The translations under genes were made by a program, and so were the position numbers. A DNA stretch of 64,000 bases, from NCBI GenBank assembly GCA_964057225.1, contig OZ059896.1, forward strand, positions 11,842,001-11,906,000, in the 5' to 3' direction. The notes under the pieces were generated by a model. The model worked only from the letters and a program-made list of their open reading frames with translations. It was not told the DNA's origin and made no database searches. Shown piece by piece: positions 1 to 15,000 of the stretch; the first letter of the stretch is position 1; each line of letters starts with the position of its first letter. Origin of the DNA: Auanema rhodensis. Its lineage: Eukaryota; Animalia; Nematoda.

Positions 1-3000
1 GGTAGAAATATAAAATTGTTTAAAAAATGGAATTAAATAAAAGAGATGGAGTGAAATGGTTTAGAAATTACAGAATATTTAAATGTTTCAGTTTTTGAGC
101 ATCACAATATTGAAATTTAAATGTTTTTTAATGATTAAAAATTTGAAAAATGAAATTATGAAATTGTGGTAGAAATATAAAATTGTTTAAAATATGGAAT
201 TAAATAAAAGAGATGGAGTGAAATGGTTTAGAAATTATAAAATATTTAAATGTTTCAGTTTTTGATCATCACAATATTGAAATTTAAATGTTTTTTAATA
301 ATTAAAAATTTAAAAATTTAAAAAATGAAATTATGAAATAGTGGTAACAATATAAAATTGTTTAAAATATGGGATTAAATAAAAGAGATGGAGTGAAATG
401 GTTTAGAAAATACAAAATATTTGAATGTTTCAGTTTTTGATCATCACAATATTGAAATTTAAATGTTTTTTAATGTTTAAAAATTTTAAGAAAGAAATTA
501 TGAAATAGTGGTAAAAATATAAAATTGTTTAAAATATGAGATTAAATAAAAGAGATGGAGTGAAATGGTTTAGAAAATACAAAATATTTGAATGTTTCAG
601 TTTTTGATCATCACAATATTGAAATTTAAATGTTTTTTAATAATTAAAAATTTAAAAATTTAAAAAATGAAATTATGAAATTGTGGTAGAATTAAAAAAT
701 TGTATAAAATATGGGATTAAATAAAATAGATGGAGTGAAATGGTTTAGAAAATACAAAATATTTAAATGTTTCAGTTTTTGAGCATCACAATACTGAAAT
801 TTAAATGTTTTTCAATGATTAAAATATTAAAAAATGAAATTATGAAATAGTGGTAGAAATATAAAATTGTTTAAAATATGGAATTAAATAAAAGAGATGG
901 AGTGAAATGGTTTAGAAAATACAAAATATTTAAATGTTTCAGTTTTTGAGCATCACAATACTGAAATTTAAATGTTTTTCAATGATTAAAATATTAAAAA
1001 ATGAAATTATGAAATAGTGGTAGAAATATAAAATTGTTTAAAATATGGAATTAAATAAAAGAGATGGAGTGAAATGGTTTAGAAAAAACAAAATATTTGA
1101 ATGTTTCAGTTTTTGATCATCACAATATTGAAATTTAAATGTTTTTTAATGATTGAAAATTTAAAAAATGAAATTATGAAATTGTGGTAGAATTAAAAAA
1201 TTGTATAAAATATGGGATAAAATAAAATAGATAGAGTGAAATGGTTTAGAAAATACAAAATATTTAAATGTTTCAGTTTTTGAGCATCACAATATTGAAA
1301 TTTAAATGTTTTTTAATGATTAAAAATTTGAAAAATGAAATTATGAAATTGTGGTAGAAATATAAAATTGTTTAAAATATGGAATTAAATAAAAGAGATG
1401 GAGTGAAATGGTTTAGAAAATATAAAATATTTAAATGTTTCAGTTTTTGATCATCACAATATTGAAATTTAAATGTTTTTTAATAATTAAAATATTAAAA
1501 AATGAAAATATGAAATAGTGGTAGAAATATAAAATTGTTTAAAATATGGAATTAAATAAAAGAGATGGAGTGAAATGGTTTAGAAAATACAAAATATTTA
1601 AATGTTTCAGTTTTTGATCATCACAATACTGAAATTTAAATGTTTTTCAATGATTAAAATATTAAAAAATGAAATTATGAAATAGTGGTAGAAATATAAA
1701 ATTGTTTAAAATATGGAATTGAATAAAAGAGATGGAGTGAAATGGTTTAGAAAATACAAAATATTTAAATGTTTCAGTTTTTGAGCATCACAATACTGAA
1801 ATTTAAATGTTTTTCAATGATTAAAATATTAAAAAATGAAAATATGAAATAGTGGTAGAAATATAAAATTGTTTAAAATATGGAATTAAATAAAAGAGAT
1901 GGAGTGAAATGGTTTAGAAAAAACAAAATATTTGAATGTTTCAGTTTTTGATCATCACAATATTGAAATTTAAATGTTTTTTAATGATTGAAAATTTAAA
2001 AAATGAAATTATGAAATTGTGGTAGAATTAAAATATTGTATAAAATATGGGATTAAATAAAATAGATGGAGTTAAATGGTTTAGAAAATACAAAATATTT
2101 AAATGTTTCAGTTTTTGAGCATCACAATACTGAAATTTAAATGTTTTTCAATGATTAAAATATTAAAAAATGAAATTATGAAATTGTGGTAACAATATAA
2201 AATTGTTTAAAATATGGGATTAAATAAAAGAGATGGAGTGAAATGGTTTAGAAAATACAAAATATTTGAATGTTTCAGTTTTTGATCATCACAATATTGA
2301 AATTTAAATGTTTTTTAATGTTTAAAAATTTTAAGAATGAAATTATGAAATAGTGGTAAAAATATAAAATTGTTTAAAATATGAGATTAAATAAAAGAGA
2401 TGGAGTGAAATGGTTTAGAAAATACAAAATATTTGAATGTTTCAGTTTTTGATCATCACAATATTGAAATTTAAATGTTTTTTAATAATTAAAAATTTAA
2501 AAATTTAAAAAATGAAATTGTGAAATTGTGGTAGAATTAAAAAATTGTATAAAATATGGGATTAAATAAAATAGATGGAGTGAAATGGTTTAGAAAATAC
2601 AAAATATTTAAATGTTTCAGTTTTTGAGCATCACAATACTGAAATTTAAATGTTTTTCAATGATTAAAATATTAAAAAATGAAATTATGAAATAGTGGTA
2701 GAAATATAAAATTGTTTAAAATATGGAATTAAATAAAAGAGATGGAGTGAAATGGTTTAGAAAATACAAAATATTTAAATGTTTCAGTTTTTGAGCATCA
2801 CAATACTGAAATTTAAATGTTTTTCAATGATTAAAATATTAAAAAATGAAATTATGAAATAGTGGTAGAAATATAAAATTGTTTAAAATATGGAATTAAA
2901 TAAAAGAGATGGAGTGAAATGGTTTAGAAAAAACAAAATATTTGAATGTTTCAGTTTTTGATCATCACAATATTGAAATTTAAATGTTTTTTAATGATTG

Positions 3001-6000
3001 AAAATTTAAAAAATGAAATTATGAAATTGTGGTAGAATTAAAAAATTGTATAAAATATGGGATTAAATAAAATAGATAGAGTGAAATGGTTTAGAAAATA
3101 CAAAATATTTAAATGTTTCAGTTTTTGAGCATCACAATATTGAAATTTAAATGTTTTTTAATGATTAAAAATTTGAAAAATGAAATTATGAAATTGTGGT
3201 AGAAATATAAAATTGTTTAAAATATGGAATTAAATAAAAGAGATGGAGTGAAATGGTTTAGAAAATATAAAATATTTAAATGTTTCAGTTTTTGATCATC
3301 ACAATATTGAAATTTAAATGTTTTTTAATAATTAAAAATTTAAAAATTTAAAAAATGAAATTATGAAATAGTGGTAACAATATAAAATTGTTTAAAATAT
3401 GGGATTAAATAAAAGAGATGGAGTGAAATGGTTTAGAAAATACAAAATATTTAAATGTTTCAGTTTTTGAGCATCACAATATTGAAATTTAAATGTTTTT
3501 TAATGTTTAAAAATTTTAAGAATGAAATTATGAAATAGTGGTAAAAATATAAAATTGTTTAAAATATGAGATTAAATAAAAGAGATGGAGTGAAATGGTT
3601 TAGAAAATACAAAATATTTGAATGTTTCAGTTTTTGATCATCACAATATTGAAATTTAAATGTTTTTTAATAATTAAAAATTTAAAAATTTAAAAAATGA
3701 AATTATGAAATTGTGGTAGAATTAAAAAATTGTATAAAATATGGGATTAAATAAAATAGATGGAGTGAAATGGTTTAGAAAATACAAAATATTTAAATGT
3801 TTCAGTTTTTGAGCATCACAATACTGAAATTTAAATGTTTTTCAATGATTAAAATATTAAAAAATGAAATTATGAAATAGTGGTAGAAATATAAAATTGT
3901 TTAAAATATGGAATTAAATAAAAGATATGGAGTGAAATGGTTTAGAAAATACAAAATATTTAAATGTTTCAGTTTTTGAGCATCACAATACTGAAATTTA
4001 AATGTTTTTCAATGATTAAAATATTAAAAAATGAAATTATGAAATAGTGGTAGAAATATAAAATTGTTTAAAATATGGAATTAAATAAAAGAGATGGAGT
4101 GAAATGGTTTAGAAAAAACAAAATATTTGAATGTTTCAGTTTTTGATCATCACAATATTGAAATTTAAATGTTTTTTAATGATTGAAAATTTGAAAAATG
4201 AAATTATGAAATTGTGGTAGAATTAAAAAATTGTATAAAATATGGGATTAAATAAAATAGATAGAGTGAAATGGTTTAGAAAATACAAAATATTTAAATG
4301 TTTCAGTTTTTGAGCATCACAATATTGAAATTTAAATGTTTTTTAATGATTAAAAATTTGAAAAATGAAATTATGAAATTGTGGTAGAAATATAAAATTG
4401 TTTAAAATATGGGATTAAATAAAATAGATGGAGTGAAATGGTTTAGAAAATACAAAATATTTGAATGTTTCAGTTTTTGATCATCACAATATTGAAATTT
4501 AAATGTTTTTTAATGATTAAAAATTTGAAAAATGAAATTATGAAATTGTGGTAGAAATATAAAATTGTTTAAAATATGGGATTAAATAAAATAGATGGAG
4601 TGAAATGGTTTAGAAAATACAAAATATTTGAATGTTTCAGTTTTGATCATCACAATATTAAAATTTAAATGTTTTTTAATAATTAAAAATTTAAAAAATA
4701 AGATTATGAAATAGTGGTAAAAATATAAAATTGTTTAAAATATGGGATTAAATAAAATAGATGGAGTGAAATGGTTTAGAAAATACAAAATATTTGAATG
4801 TTTCAGTTTTTGAGCATCACAATATTAAAATTTAAATGTTTTTTAATGATTGAAAATTTAAAAAATGAAATTATGAAATTGTGGTAGAATTAAAAAATTG
4901 TATAAAATATGGGATTAAATAAAATAGATGGAGTGAAATGGTTTAGAAAATACAAAATATTTAAATGTTTCAGTTTTTGAGCATCACAATACTGAAATTT
5001 AAATGTTTTTCAATGATTAAAATATTAAAAAATGAAATTATGAAATAGTGGTAAAAATATAAAATTGTTTAAAATATGGGATTAAATAAAAGAGATGGAG
5101 TGAAATGGTTTAGAAAATACAAAATATTTAAATGTTTCAGTTTTTGATCATCACAATATTGAAATTTTAATTTTTTTTAATAATTAAAAATTTAAGAATT
5201 TAAAAAATGAAATTATGAAATAGTGGTGAAAATATAAAATTGTTTAAAATATGGGATTAAATAAAAGAGATGGAGTGAAATGGTTTAGAAAAAACAAAAT
5301 ATTTAAATGTTTCAGTTTTTGAGCATCACAGTATTCAAAATTTAAATGTTTTTTAATGATGAAAAATTTAAGAATGAAATTATGAAATAGTGGTAGAATT
5401 ATGAAATTGTTTAAAATATGGAATTAAATAAAATAGATGTAGTGAAATGGTTTAGAAAATACAAAATATTTAAATGTTTCAGTTTTTGAGCATCACAATA
5501 TTGAAATTTAAATGTTTTTTAATGATTAAAAATTTGAAAAATGAAATTATGAAATTGTGGTAGAAATATAAAATTGTTTAAAATATGGAATTAAATAAAA
5601 GAGATGGAGTGAAATGGTTTAGAAAATATAAAATATTTAAATGTTTCAGTTTTTGATCATCACAATATTGAAATTTAAATGTTTTTTAATAATTAAAAAT
5701 TTAAAAATTTAAAAAATGAAATTATGAAATAGTGGTAACAATATAAAATTGTTTAAAATATGGGATTAAATAAAAGAGATGGAGTGAAATGGTTTAGAAA
5801 ATATAAAATATTTAAATGTTTCAGTTTTTGATCATCACAATATTGAAATTTAAATGTTTTTTAATGATTAAAAATTTGAAAAATGAAATTATGAAATTGT
5901 GGTAGAAATATAAAATTGTTTAAAATATGGAATTAAATAAAAGAGATGGAGTGAAATGGTTTAGAAAATATAAAATATTTAAATGTTTCAGTTTTTGATC

Positions 6001-9000
6001 ATCACAATATTGAAATTTAAATGTTTTTTAATAATTAAAAATTTAAAATATTAAAAAATGAAATTATGAAATAGTGGTAAAAATATAAAATTGTTTAAAA
6101 TATGGGATTAAATAAAAGAGATGGAGTGAAATGGTTTAGAAAATACAAAATATTTAAATGTTTCAGTTTTTGATCATCACAATATTGAAATTTTAATTTT
6201 TTTTAATAATTAAAAATTTAAGAATTTAAAAAATGAAATTATGAAATAGTGGTGAAAATATAAAATTGTTTAAAATATGGGATTAAATAAAAGAGATGGA
6301 GTGAAATGGTTTAGAAAAAACAAAATATTTAAATGTTTCAGTTTTTGAGCATCACAGTATTCAAAATTTAAATGTTTTTTAATGATGAAAAATTTAAGAA
6401 TGAAATTATGAAATAGTGGTAGAATTATGAAATTGTTTAAAATATGGAATTAAATAAAATAGATGTAGTGAAATGGTTTAGAAAATACAAAATATTTAAA
6501 TGTTTCAGTTTTTGAGCATCACAATATTGAAATTTAAATGTTTTTTAATGATTAAAAATTTGAAAAATGAAATTATGAAATTGTGGTAGAAATATAAAAT
6601 TGTTTAAAATATGGAATTAAATAAAAGAGATGGAGTGAAATGGTTTAGAAAATATAAAATATTTAAATGTTTCAGTTTTTGATCATCACAATATTGAAAT
6701 TTAAATGTTTTTTAATAATTAAAAATTTAAAAATTTAAAAAATGAAATTATGAAATAGTGGTAACAATATAAAATTGTTTAAAATATGGGATTAAATAAA
6801 AGAGATGGAGTGAAATGGTTTAGAAAATATAAAATATTTAAATGTTCCAGTTTTTGAGCATCACAATATTGAAATTTAAATGTTTTTTAATGTTTAAAAA
6901 TTTTAAGAATGAAATTATGAAATAGTGGTGAAAATATAAAATTGTTTAAAATATGGGATTAAATAAAAGAGATGGAGTGAAATGGTTTAGAAAAAACAAA
7001 ATATTTAAATGTTTCAGTTTTTGAGCATCACAGTATTCAAAATTTAAATGTTTTTTAATGATGAAAAATTTAAGAATGAAATTATGAAATAGTGGTAGAA
7101 TTATGAAATTGTTTAAAATATGGAATTAAATAAAATAGATGTAGTGAAATGGTTTAGAAAATACAAAATATTTAAATGTTTCAGTTTTTGAGCATCACAA
7201 TATTGAAATTTAAATGTTTTTTAATGATTAAAAATTTGAAAAATGAAATTATGAAATTGTGGTAGAAATATAAAATTGTTTAAAATATGGAATTAAATAA
7301 AAGAGATGGAGTGAAATGGTTTAGAAAATATAAAATATTTAATTGTTTCAGTTTTTGATCATCACAATATTGAAATTTAAATGTTTTTTAATAATTAAAA
7401 ATTTAAAAATTTAAAAAATGAAATTATGAAATAGTGGTAACAATATAAAATTGTTTAAAATATGGGATTAAATAAAAGAGATGGAGTGAAATGGTTTAGA
7501 AAATATAAAATATTTAAATGTTCCAGTTTTTGAGCATCACAATATTGAAATTTAAGTGTTTTTTAATGATTAAAAATTTTAAGAATGAAATTATGAAATA
7601 GTGGTAAAAATATAAAATTGTTCAAAATATGGGATTAAATAAAAGAGATGGAGTGAAATGGTTTAGAAAATACAAAATATTTAAATGTTTCAGTTTTTGA
7701 TCATCACAATATTGAAATTTTAATTTTTTTTAATAATTAAAAATTTAAGAATTTAAAAAATGAAATTATGAAATAGTGGTGAAAATATAAAATTGTTTAA
7801 AATATGGGATTAAATAAAAGAGATGGAGTGAAATGGTTTAGAAAAAACAAAATATTTAAATGTTTCAGTTTTTGAGCATCACAGTATTCAAAATTTAAAT
7901 GTTTTTTAATGATGAAAAATTCAAGAATGAAATTATGAAATAGTGGTAGAATTATGAAATTGTTTAAAATATGGAATTAAATAAAATAGATGTAGTGAAA
8001 TGGTTTAGAAAATACAAAATATTTAAATGTTTCAGTTTTTGAGCATCACAATATTGAAATTTAAATGTTTTTTAATGATTAAAAATTTGAAAAATGAAAT
8101 TATGAAATTGTGGTAGAAATATAAAATTGTTTAAAATATGGGATTAAATAAAATAGATGGAGTGAAATGGTTTAGAAAATACAAAATATTTGAATGTTTC
8201 AGTTTTTGATCATCACAATATTGAAATTTAAATGTTTTTTAATGATTAAAAATTTGAAAAATGAAATTATGAAATTGTGGTAGAAATATAAAATTGTTTA
8301 AAATATGGGATTAAATAAAATAGATGGAGTGAAATGGTTTAGAAAATACAAAATATTTGAATGTTTCAGTTTTGATCATCACAATATTAAAATTTAAATG
8401 TTTTTTAATAATTAAAAATTTAAAAAATAAGATTATGAAATAGTGGTAAAAATATAAAATTGTTTAAAATATGGGATTAAATAAAATAGATGGAGTGAAA
8501 TGGTTTAGAAAATACAAAATATTTGAATGTTTCAGTTTTTGAGCATCACAATATTAAAATTTAAATGTTTTTTAATGATTGAAAATTTAAAAAATGAAAT
8601 TATGAAATTGTGGTAGAATTAAAAAATTGTATAAAATATGGGATTAAATAAAATAGATGGAGTGAAATGGTTTAGAAAATACAAAATATTTAAATGTTTC
8701 AGTTTTTGAGCATCACAATACTGAAATTTAAATGTTTTTCAATGATTAAAATATTAAAAAATGAAATTATGAAATAGTGGTAAAAATATAAAATTGTTTA
8801 AAATATGGGATTAAATAAAAGAGATGGAGTGAAATGGTTTAGAAAATACAAAATATTTAAATGTTTCAGTTTTTGATCATCACAATATTGAAATTTTAAT
8901 TTTTTTTAATAATTAAAAATTTAAGAATTTAAAAAATGAAATTATGAAATAGTGGTGAAAATATAAAATTGTTTAAAATATGGGATTAAATAAAAGAGAT

Positions 9001-12000
9001 GGAGTGAAATGGTTTAGAAAAAACAAAATATTTAAATGTTTCAGTTTTTGAGCATCACAGTATTCAAAATTTAAATGTTTTTTAATGATGAAAAATTTAA
9101 GAATGAAATTATGAAATAGTGGTAGAATTATGAAATTGTTTAAAATATGGAATTAAATAAAATAGATGTAGTGAAATGGTTTAGAAAATACAAAATATTT
9201 AAATGTTTCAGTTTTTGAGCATCACAATATTGAAATTTAAATGTTTTTTAATGATTAAAAATTTGAAAAATGAAATTATGAAATTGTGGTAGAAATATAA
9301 AATTGTTTAAAATATGGAATTAAATAAAAGAGATGGAGTGAAATGGTTTAGAAAATATAAAATATTTAAATGTTTCAGTTTTTGATCATCACAATATTGA
9401 AATTTAAATGTTTTTTAATAATTAAAAATTTAAAAATTTAAAAAATGAAATTATGAAATAGTGGTAACAATATAAAATTGTTTAAAATATGGGATTAAAT
9501 AAAAGAGATGGAGTGAAATGGTTTAGAAAATATAAAATATTTAAATGTTCCAGTTTTTGAGCATCACAATATTGAAATTTAAGTGTTTTTTAATGATTAA
9601 AAATTTTAAGAATGAAATTATGAAATAGTGGTAAAAATATAAAATTGTTCAAAATATGGGATTAAATAAAAGAGATGGAGTGAAATGGTTTAGAAAATAC
9701 AAAATATTTAAATGTTTCAGTTTTTGATCATCACAATATTGAAATTTTAATTTTTTTTAATAATTAAAAATTTAAGAATTTAAAAAATGAAATTATGAAA
9801 TAGTGGTGAAAATATAAAATTGTTTAAAATATGGGATTAAATAAAAGAGATGGAGTGAAATGGTTTAGAAAAAACAAAATATTTAAATGTTTCAGTTTTT
9901 GAGCATCACAGTATTCAAAATTTAAATGTTTTTTAATGATGAAAAATTTAAGAATGAAATTATGAAATAGTGGTAGAATTATGAAATTGTTTAAAATATG
10001 GAATTAAATAAAATAGATGTAGTGAAATGGTTTAGAAAATACAAAATATTTAAATGTTTCAGTTTTTGAGCATCACAATATTGAAATTTAAATGTTTTTT
10101 AATGATTAAAAATTTGAAAACTGAAATTATGAAATTGTGGTAGAAATATAAAATTGTTTAAAATATGGAATTAAATAAAAGAGATGGAGTGAAATGGTTT
10201 AGAAAATATAAAATATTTAAATGTTTCAGTTTTTGATCATCACAATATTGAAATTTAAATGTTTTTTAATAATTAAAAATTTAAAAATTTAAAAAATGAA
10301 ATTATGAAATAGTGGTAACAATATAAAATTGTTTAAAATATGGGATTAAATAAAAGAGATGGAGTGAAATGGTTTAGAAAATACAAAATATTTAAATGTT
10401 TCAGTTTTTGAGCATCACAATATTGAAATTTAAATGTTTTTTAATAATTAAAAATTTAAAAAATGAAATTATGAAATTGTGAAAGAATTAAAAAATTGTA
10501 TAAAATATGGGATTAAATAAAATAGATGGAGTGAAATGGTTTAGAAAATACAAAATATTTAAATGTTTCAGTTTTTGAGCATCACAATACTGAAATTTAA
10601 ATGTTTTTCAATGATTAAAATATTAAAAAATGAAATTATGAAATAGTGGTAGAAATATAAAATTGTTTAAAATATGGAATTAAATAAAAGAGATGGAGTG
10701 AAATGGTTTAGAAAAAACAAAATATTTGAATGTTTCAGTTTTTGATCATCACAATATTGAAATTTAAATGTTTTTTAATGATTAAAAATTTGAAAAATGA
10801 AATTATGAAATTGTGGTAGAAATATAAAATTGTTTAAAATATGGGATTAAATAAAATAGATGGAGTGAAATGGTTTAGAAAATACAAAATATTTGAATGT
10901 TTCAGTTTTGATCATCACAATATTAAAATTTAAATGTTTTTTAATAATTAAAAATTTAAAAAATAAGATTATGAAATAGTGGTAAAAATATAAAATTGTT
11001 TAAAATATGGGATTAAATAAAATAGATGGAGTGAAATGGTTTAGAAAATACAAAATATTTGAATGTTTCAGTTTTTGAGCATCACAATATTAAAATTTAA
11101 ATGTTTTTTAATGATTGAAAATTTAAAAAATGAAATTATGAAATTGTGGTAGAATTAAAAAATTGTATAAAATATGGGATTAAATAAAATAGATGGAGTG
11201 AAATGGTTTAGAAAATACAAAATATTTAAATGTTTCAGTTTTTGAGCATCACAATACTGAAATTTAAATGTTTTTCAATGATTAAAATATTAAAAAATGA
11301 AATTATGAAATAGTGGTAAAAATATAAAATTGTTTAAAATATGGGATTAAATAAAAGAGATGGAGTGAAATGGTTTAGAAAATACAAAATATTTAAATGT
11401 TTCAGTTTTTGATCATCACAATATTGAAATTTTAATTTTTTTTAATAATTAAAAATTTAAGAATTTAAAAAATGAAATTATGAAATAGTGGTGAAAATAT
11501 AAAATTGTTTAAAATATGGGATTAAATAAAAGAGATGGAGTGAAATGGTTTAGAAAAAACAAAATATTTAAATGTTTCAGTTTTTGAGCATCACAGTATT
11601 CAAAATTTAAATGTTTTTTAATGATGAAAAATTTAAGAATGAAATTATGAAATAGTGGTAGAATTATGAAATTGTTTAAAATATGGAATTAAATAAAATA
11701 GATGTAGTGAAATGGTTTAGAAAATACAAAATATTTAAATGTTTCAGTTTTTGAGCATCACAATATTGAAATTTAAATGTTTTTTAATGATTAAAAATTT
11801 GAAAAATGAAATTATGAAATTGTGGTAGAAATATAAAATTGTTTAAAATATGGAATTAAATAAAAGAGATGGAGTGAAATGGTTTAGAAAATATAAAATA
11901 TTTAAATGTTTCAGTTTTTGATCATCACAATATTGAAATTTAAATGTTTTTTAATAATTAAAAATTTAAAAATTTAAAAAATGAAATTATGAAATAGTGG

Positions 12001-15000
12001 TAACAATATAAAATTGTTTAAAATATGGGATTAAATAAAAGAGATGGAGTGAAATGGTTTAGAAAATATAAAATATTTAAATGTTCCAGTTTTTGAGCAT
12101 CACAATATTGAAATTTAAGTGTTTTTTAATGATTAAAAATTTTAAGAATGAAATTATGAAATAGTGGTAAAAATATAAAATTGTTCAAAATATGGGATTA
12201 AATAAAAGAGATGGAGTGAAATGGTTTAGAAAATACAAAATATTTAAATGTTTCAGTTTTTGATCATCACAATATTGAAATTTTAATTTTTTTTAATAAT
12301 TAAAAATTTAAGAATTTAAAAAATGAAATTATGAAATAGTGGTGAAAATATAAAATTGTTTAAAATATGGGATTAAATAAAAGAGATGGAGTGAAATGGT
12401 TTAGAAAAAACAAAATATTTAAATGTTTCAGTTTTTGAGCATCACAGTATTCAAAATTTAAATGTTTTTTAATGATGAAAAATTTAAGAATGAAATTATG
12501 AAATAGTGGTAGAATTATGAAATTGTTTAAAATATGGAATTAAATAAAATAGATGTAGTGAAATGGTTTAGAAAATACAAAATATTTAAATGTTTCAGTT
12601 TTTGAGCATCACAATATTGAAATTTAAATGTTTTTTAATGATTAAAAATTTGAAAAATGAAATTATGAAATTGTGGTAGAAATATAAAATTGTTTAAAAT
12701 ATGGAATTAAATAAAAGAGATGGAGTGAAATGGTTTAGAAAATATAAAATATTTAAATGTTTCAGTTTTTGATCATCACAATATTGAAATTTAAATGTTT
12801 TTTAATAATTAAAAATTTAAAAATTTAAAAAATGAAATTATGAAATAGTGGTAACAATATAAAATTGTTTAAAATATGGGATTAAATAAAAGAGATGGAG
12901 TGAAATGGTTTAGAAAATACAAAATATTTAAATGTTTCAGTTTTTGAGCATCACAATATTGAAATTTAAATGTTTTTTAATGTTTAAAAATTTTAAGAAT
13001 GAAATTATGAAATAGTGGTAAAAATATAAAATTGTTTAAAATATGAGATTAAATAAAAGAGATGGAGTGAAATGGTTTAGAAAATACAAAATATTTGAAT
13101 GTTTCAGTTTTTGATCATCACAATATTGAAATTTAAATGTTTTTTAATAATTAAAAATTTAAAAAATGAAATTATGAAATTGTGAAAGAATTAAAAAATT
13201 GTATAAAATATGGGATTAAATAAAATAGATGGAGTGAAATGGTTTAGAAAATACAAAATATTTAAATGTTTCAGTTTTTGAGCATCACAATACTGAAATT
13301 TAAATGTTTTTCAATGATTAAAATATTAAAAAATGAAATTATGAAATAGTGGTAGAAATATAAAATTGTTTAAAATATGGAATTAAATAAAAGAGATGGA
13401 GTGAAATGGTTTAGAAAATACAAAATATTTAAATGTTTCAGTTTTTGAGCATCACAATACTGAAATTTAAATGTTTTTCAATGATTAAAATATTAAAAAA
13501 TGAAATTATGAAATAGTGGTAGAAATATAAAATTGTTTAAAATATGGAATTAAATAAAAGAGATGGAGTGAAATGGTTTAGAAAAAACAAAATATTTGAA
13601 TGTTTCAGTTTTTGATCATCACAATATTGAAATTTAAATGTTTTTTAATGATTGAAAATTGAAAAAATGAAATTATGAAATTGTGGTAGAATTAAAAAAT
13701 TGTATAAAATATGGGATTAAATAAAATAGATAGAGTGAAATGGTTTAGAAAATACAAAATATTTAAATGTTTCAGTTTTTGAGCATCACAATATTGAAAT
13801 TTAAATGTTTTTTAATGATTAAAAATTTGAAAAATGAAATTATGAAATTGTGGTAGAAATATAAAATTGTTTAAAATATGGGATTAAATAAAATAGATGG
13901 AGTGAAATGGTTTAGAAAATACAAAATATTTGAATGTTTCAGTTTTTGATCATCACAATATTGAAATTTAAATGTTTTTTAATGATTAAAAATTTGAAAA
14001 ATGAAATTATGAAATTGTGGTAGAAATATAAAATTGTTTAAAATATGGGATTAAATAAAATAGATGGAGTGAAATGGTTTAGAAAATACAAAATATTTGA
14101 ATGTTTCAGTTTTGATCATCACAATATTAAAATTTAAATGTTTTTTAATAATTAAAAATTTAAAAAATAAGATTATGAAATAGTGGTAAAAATATAAAAT
14201 TGTTTAAAATATGGGATTAAATAAAATAGATGGAGTGAAATGGTTTAGAAAATACAAAATATTTGAATGTTTCAGTTTTTGAGCATCACAATATTAAAAT
14301 TTAAATGTTTTTTAATGATTGAAAATTTAAAAAATGAAATTATGAAATTGTGGTAGAATTAAAAAATTGTATAAAATATGGGATTAAATAAAATAGATGG
14401 AGTGAAATGGTTTAGAAAATACAAAATATTTAAATGTTTCAGTTTTTGAGCATCACAATACTGAAATTTAAATGTTTTTCAATGATTAAAATATTAAAAA
14501 ATGAAATTATGAAATAGTGGTAGAATTAAAAAATTGTATAAAATATGGGATTAAATAAAATAGATAGAGTGAAATGGTTTAGAAAATACAAAATATTTAA
14601 ATGTTTCAGTTTTTGAGCATCACAATATTGAAATTTAAATGTTTTTTAATGATTAAAAATTTGAAAAATGAAATTATGAAATTGTGGTAGAAATATAAAA
14701 TTGTTTAAAATATGGGATTAAATAAAATAGATGGAGTGAAATGGTTTAGAAAATACAAAATATTTGAATGTTTCAGTTTTTGATCATCACAATACTGAAA
14801 TTTAAATGTTTTTCAATGATTAAAATATTAAAAAATGAAATTATGAAATAGTGGTGAAAATATAAAATTGTTTAAAATATGGGATTAAATAAAAGAGATG
14901 GAGTGAAATGGTTTAGAAAAAACAAAATATTTAAATGTTTCAGTTTTTGAGCATCACAGTATTCAAAATTTAAATGTTTTTTAATGATGAAAAATTTAAG

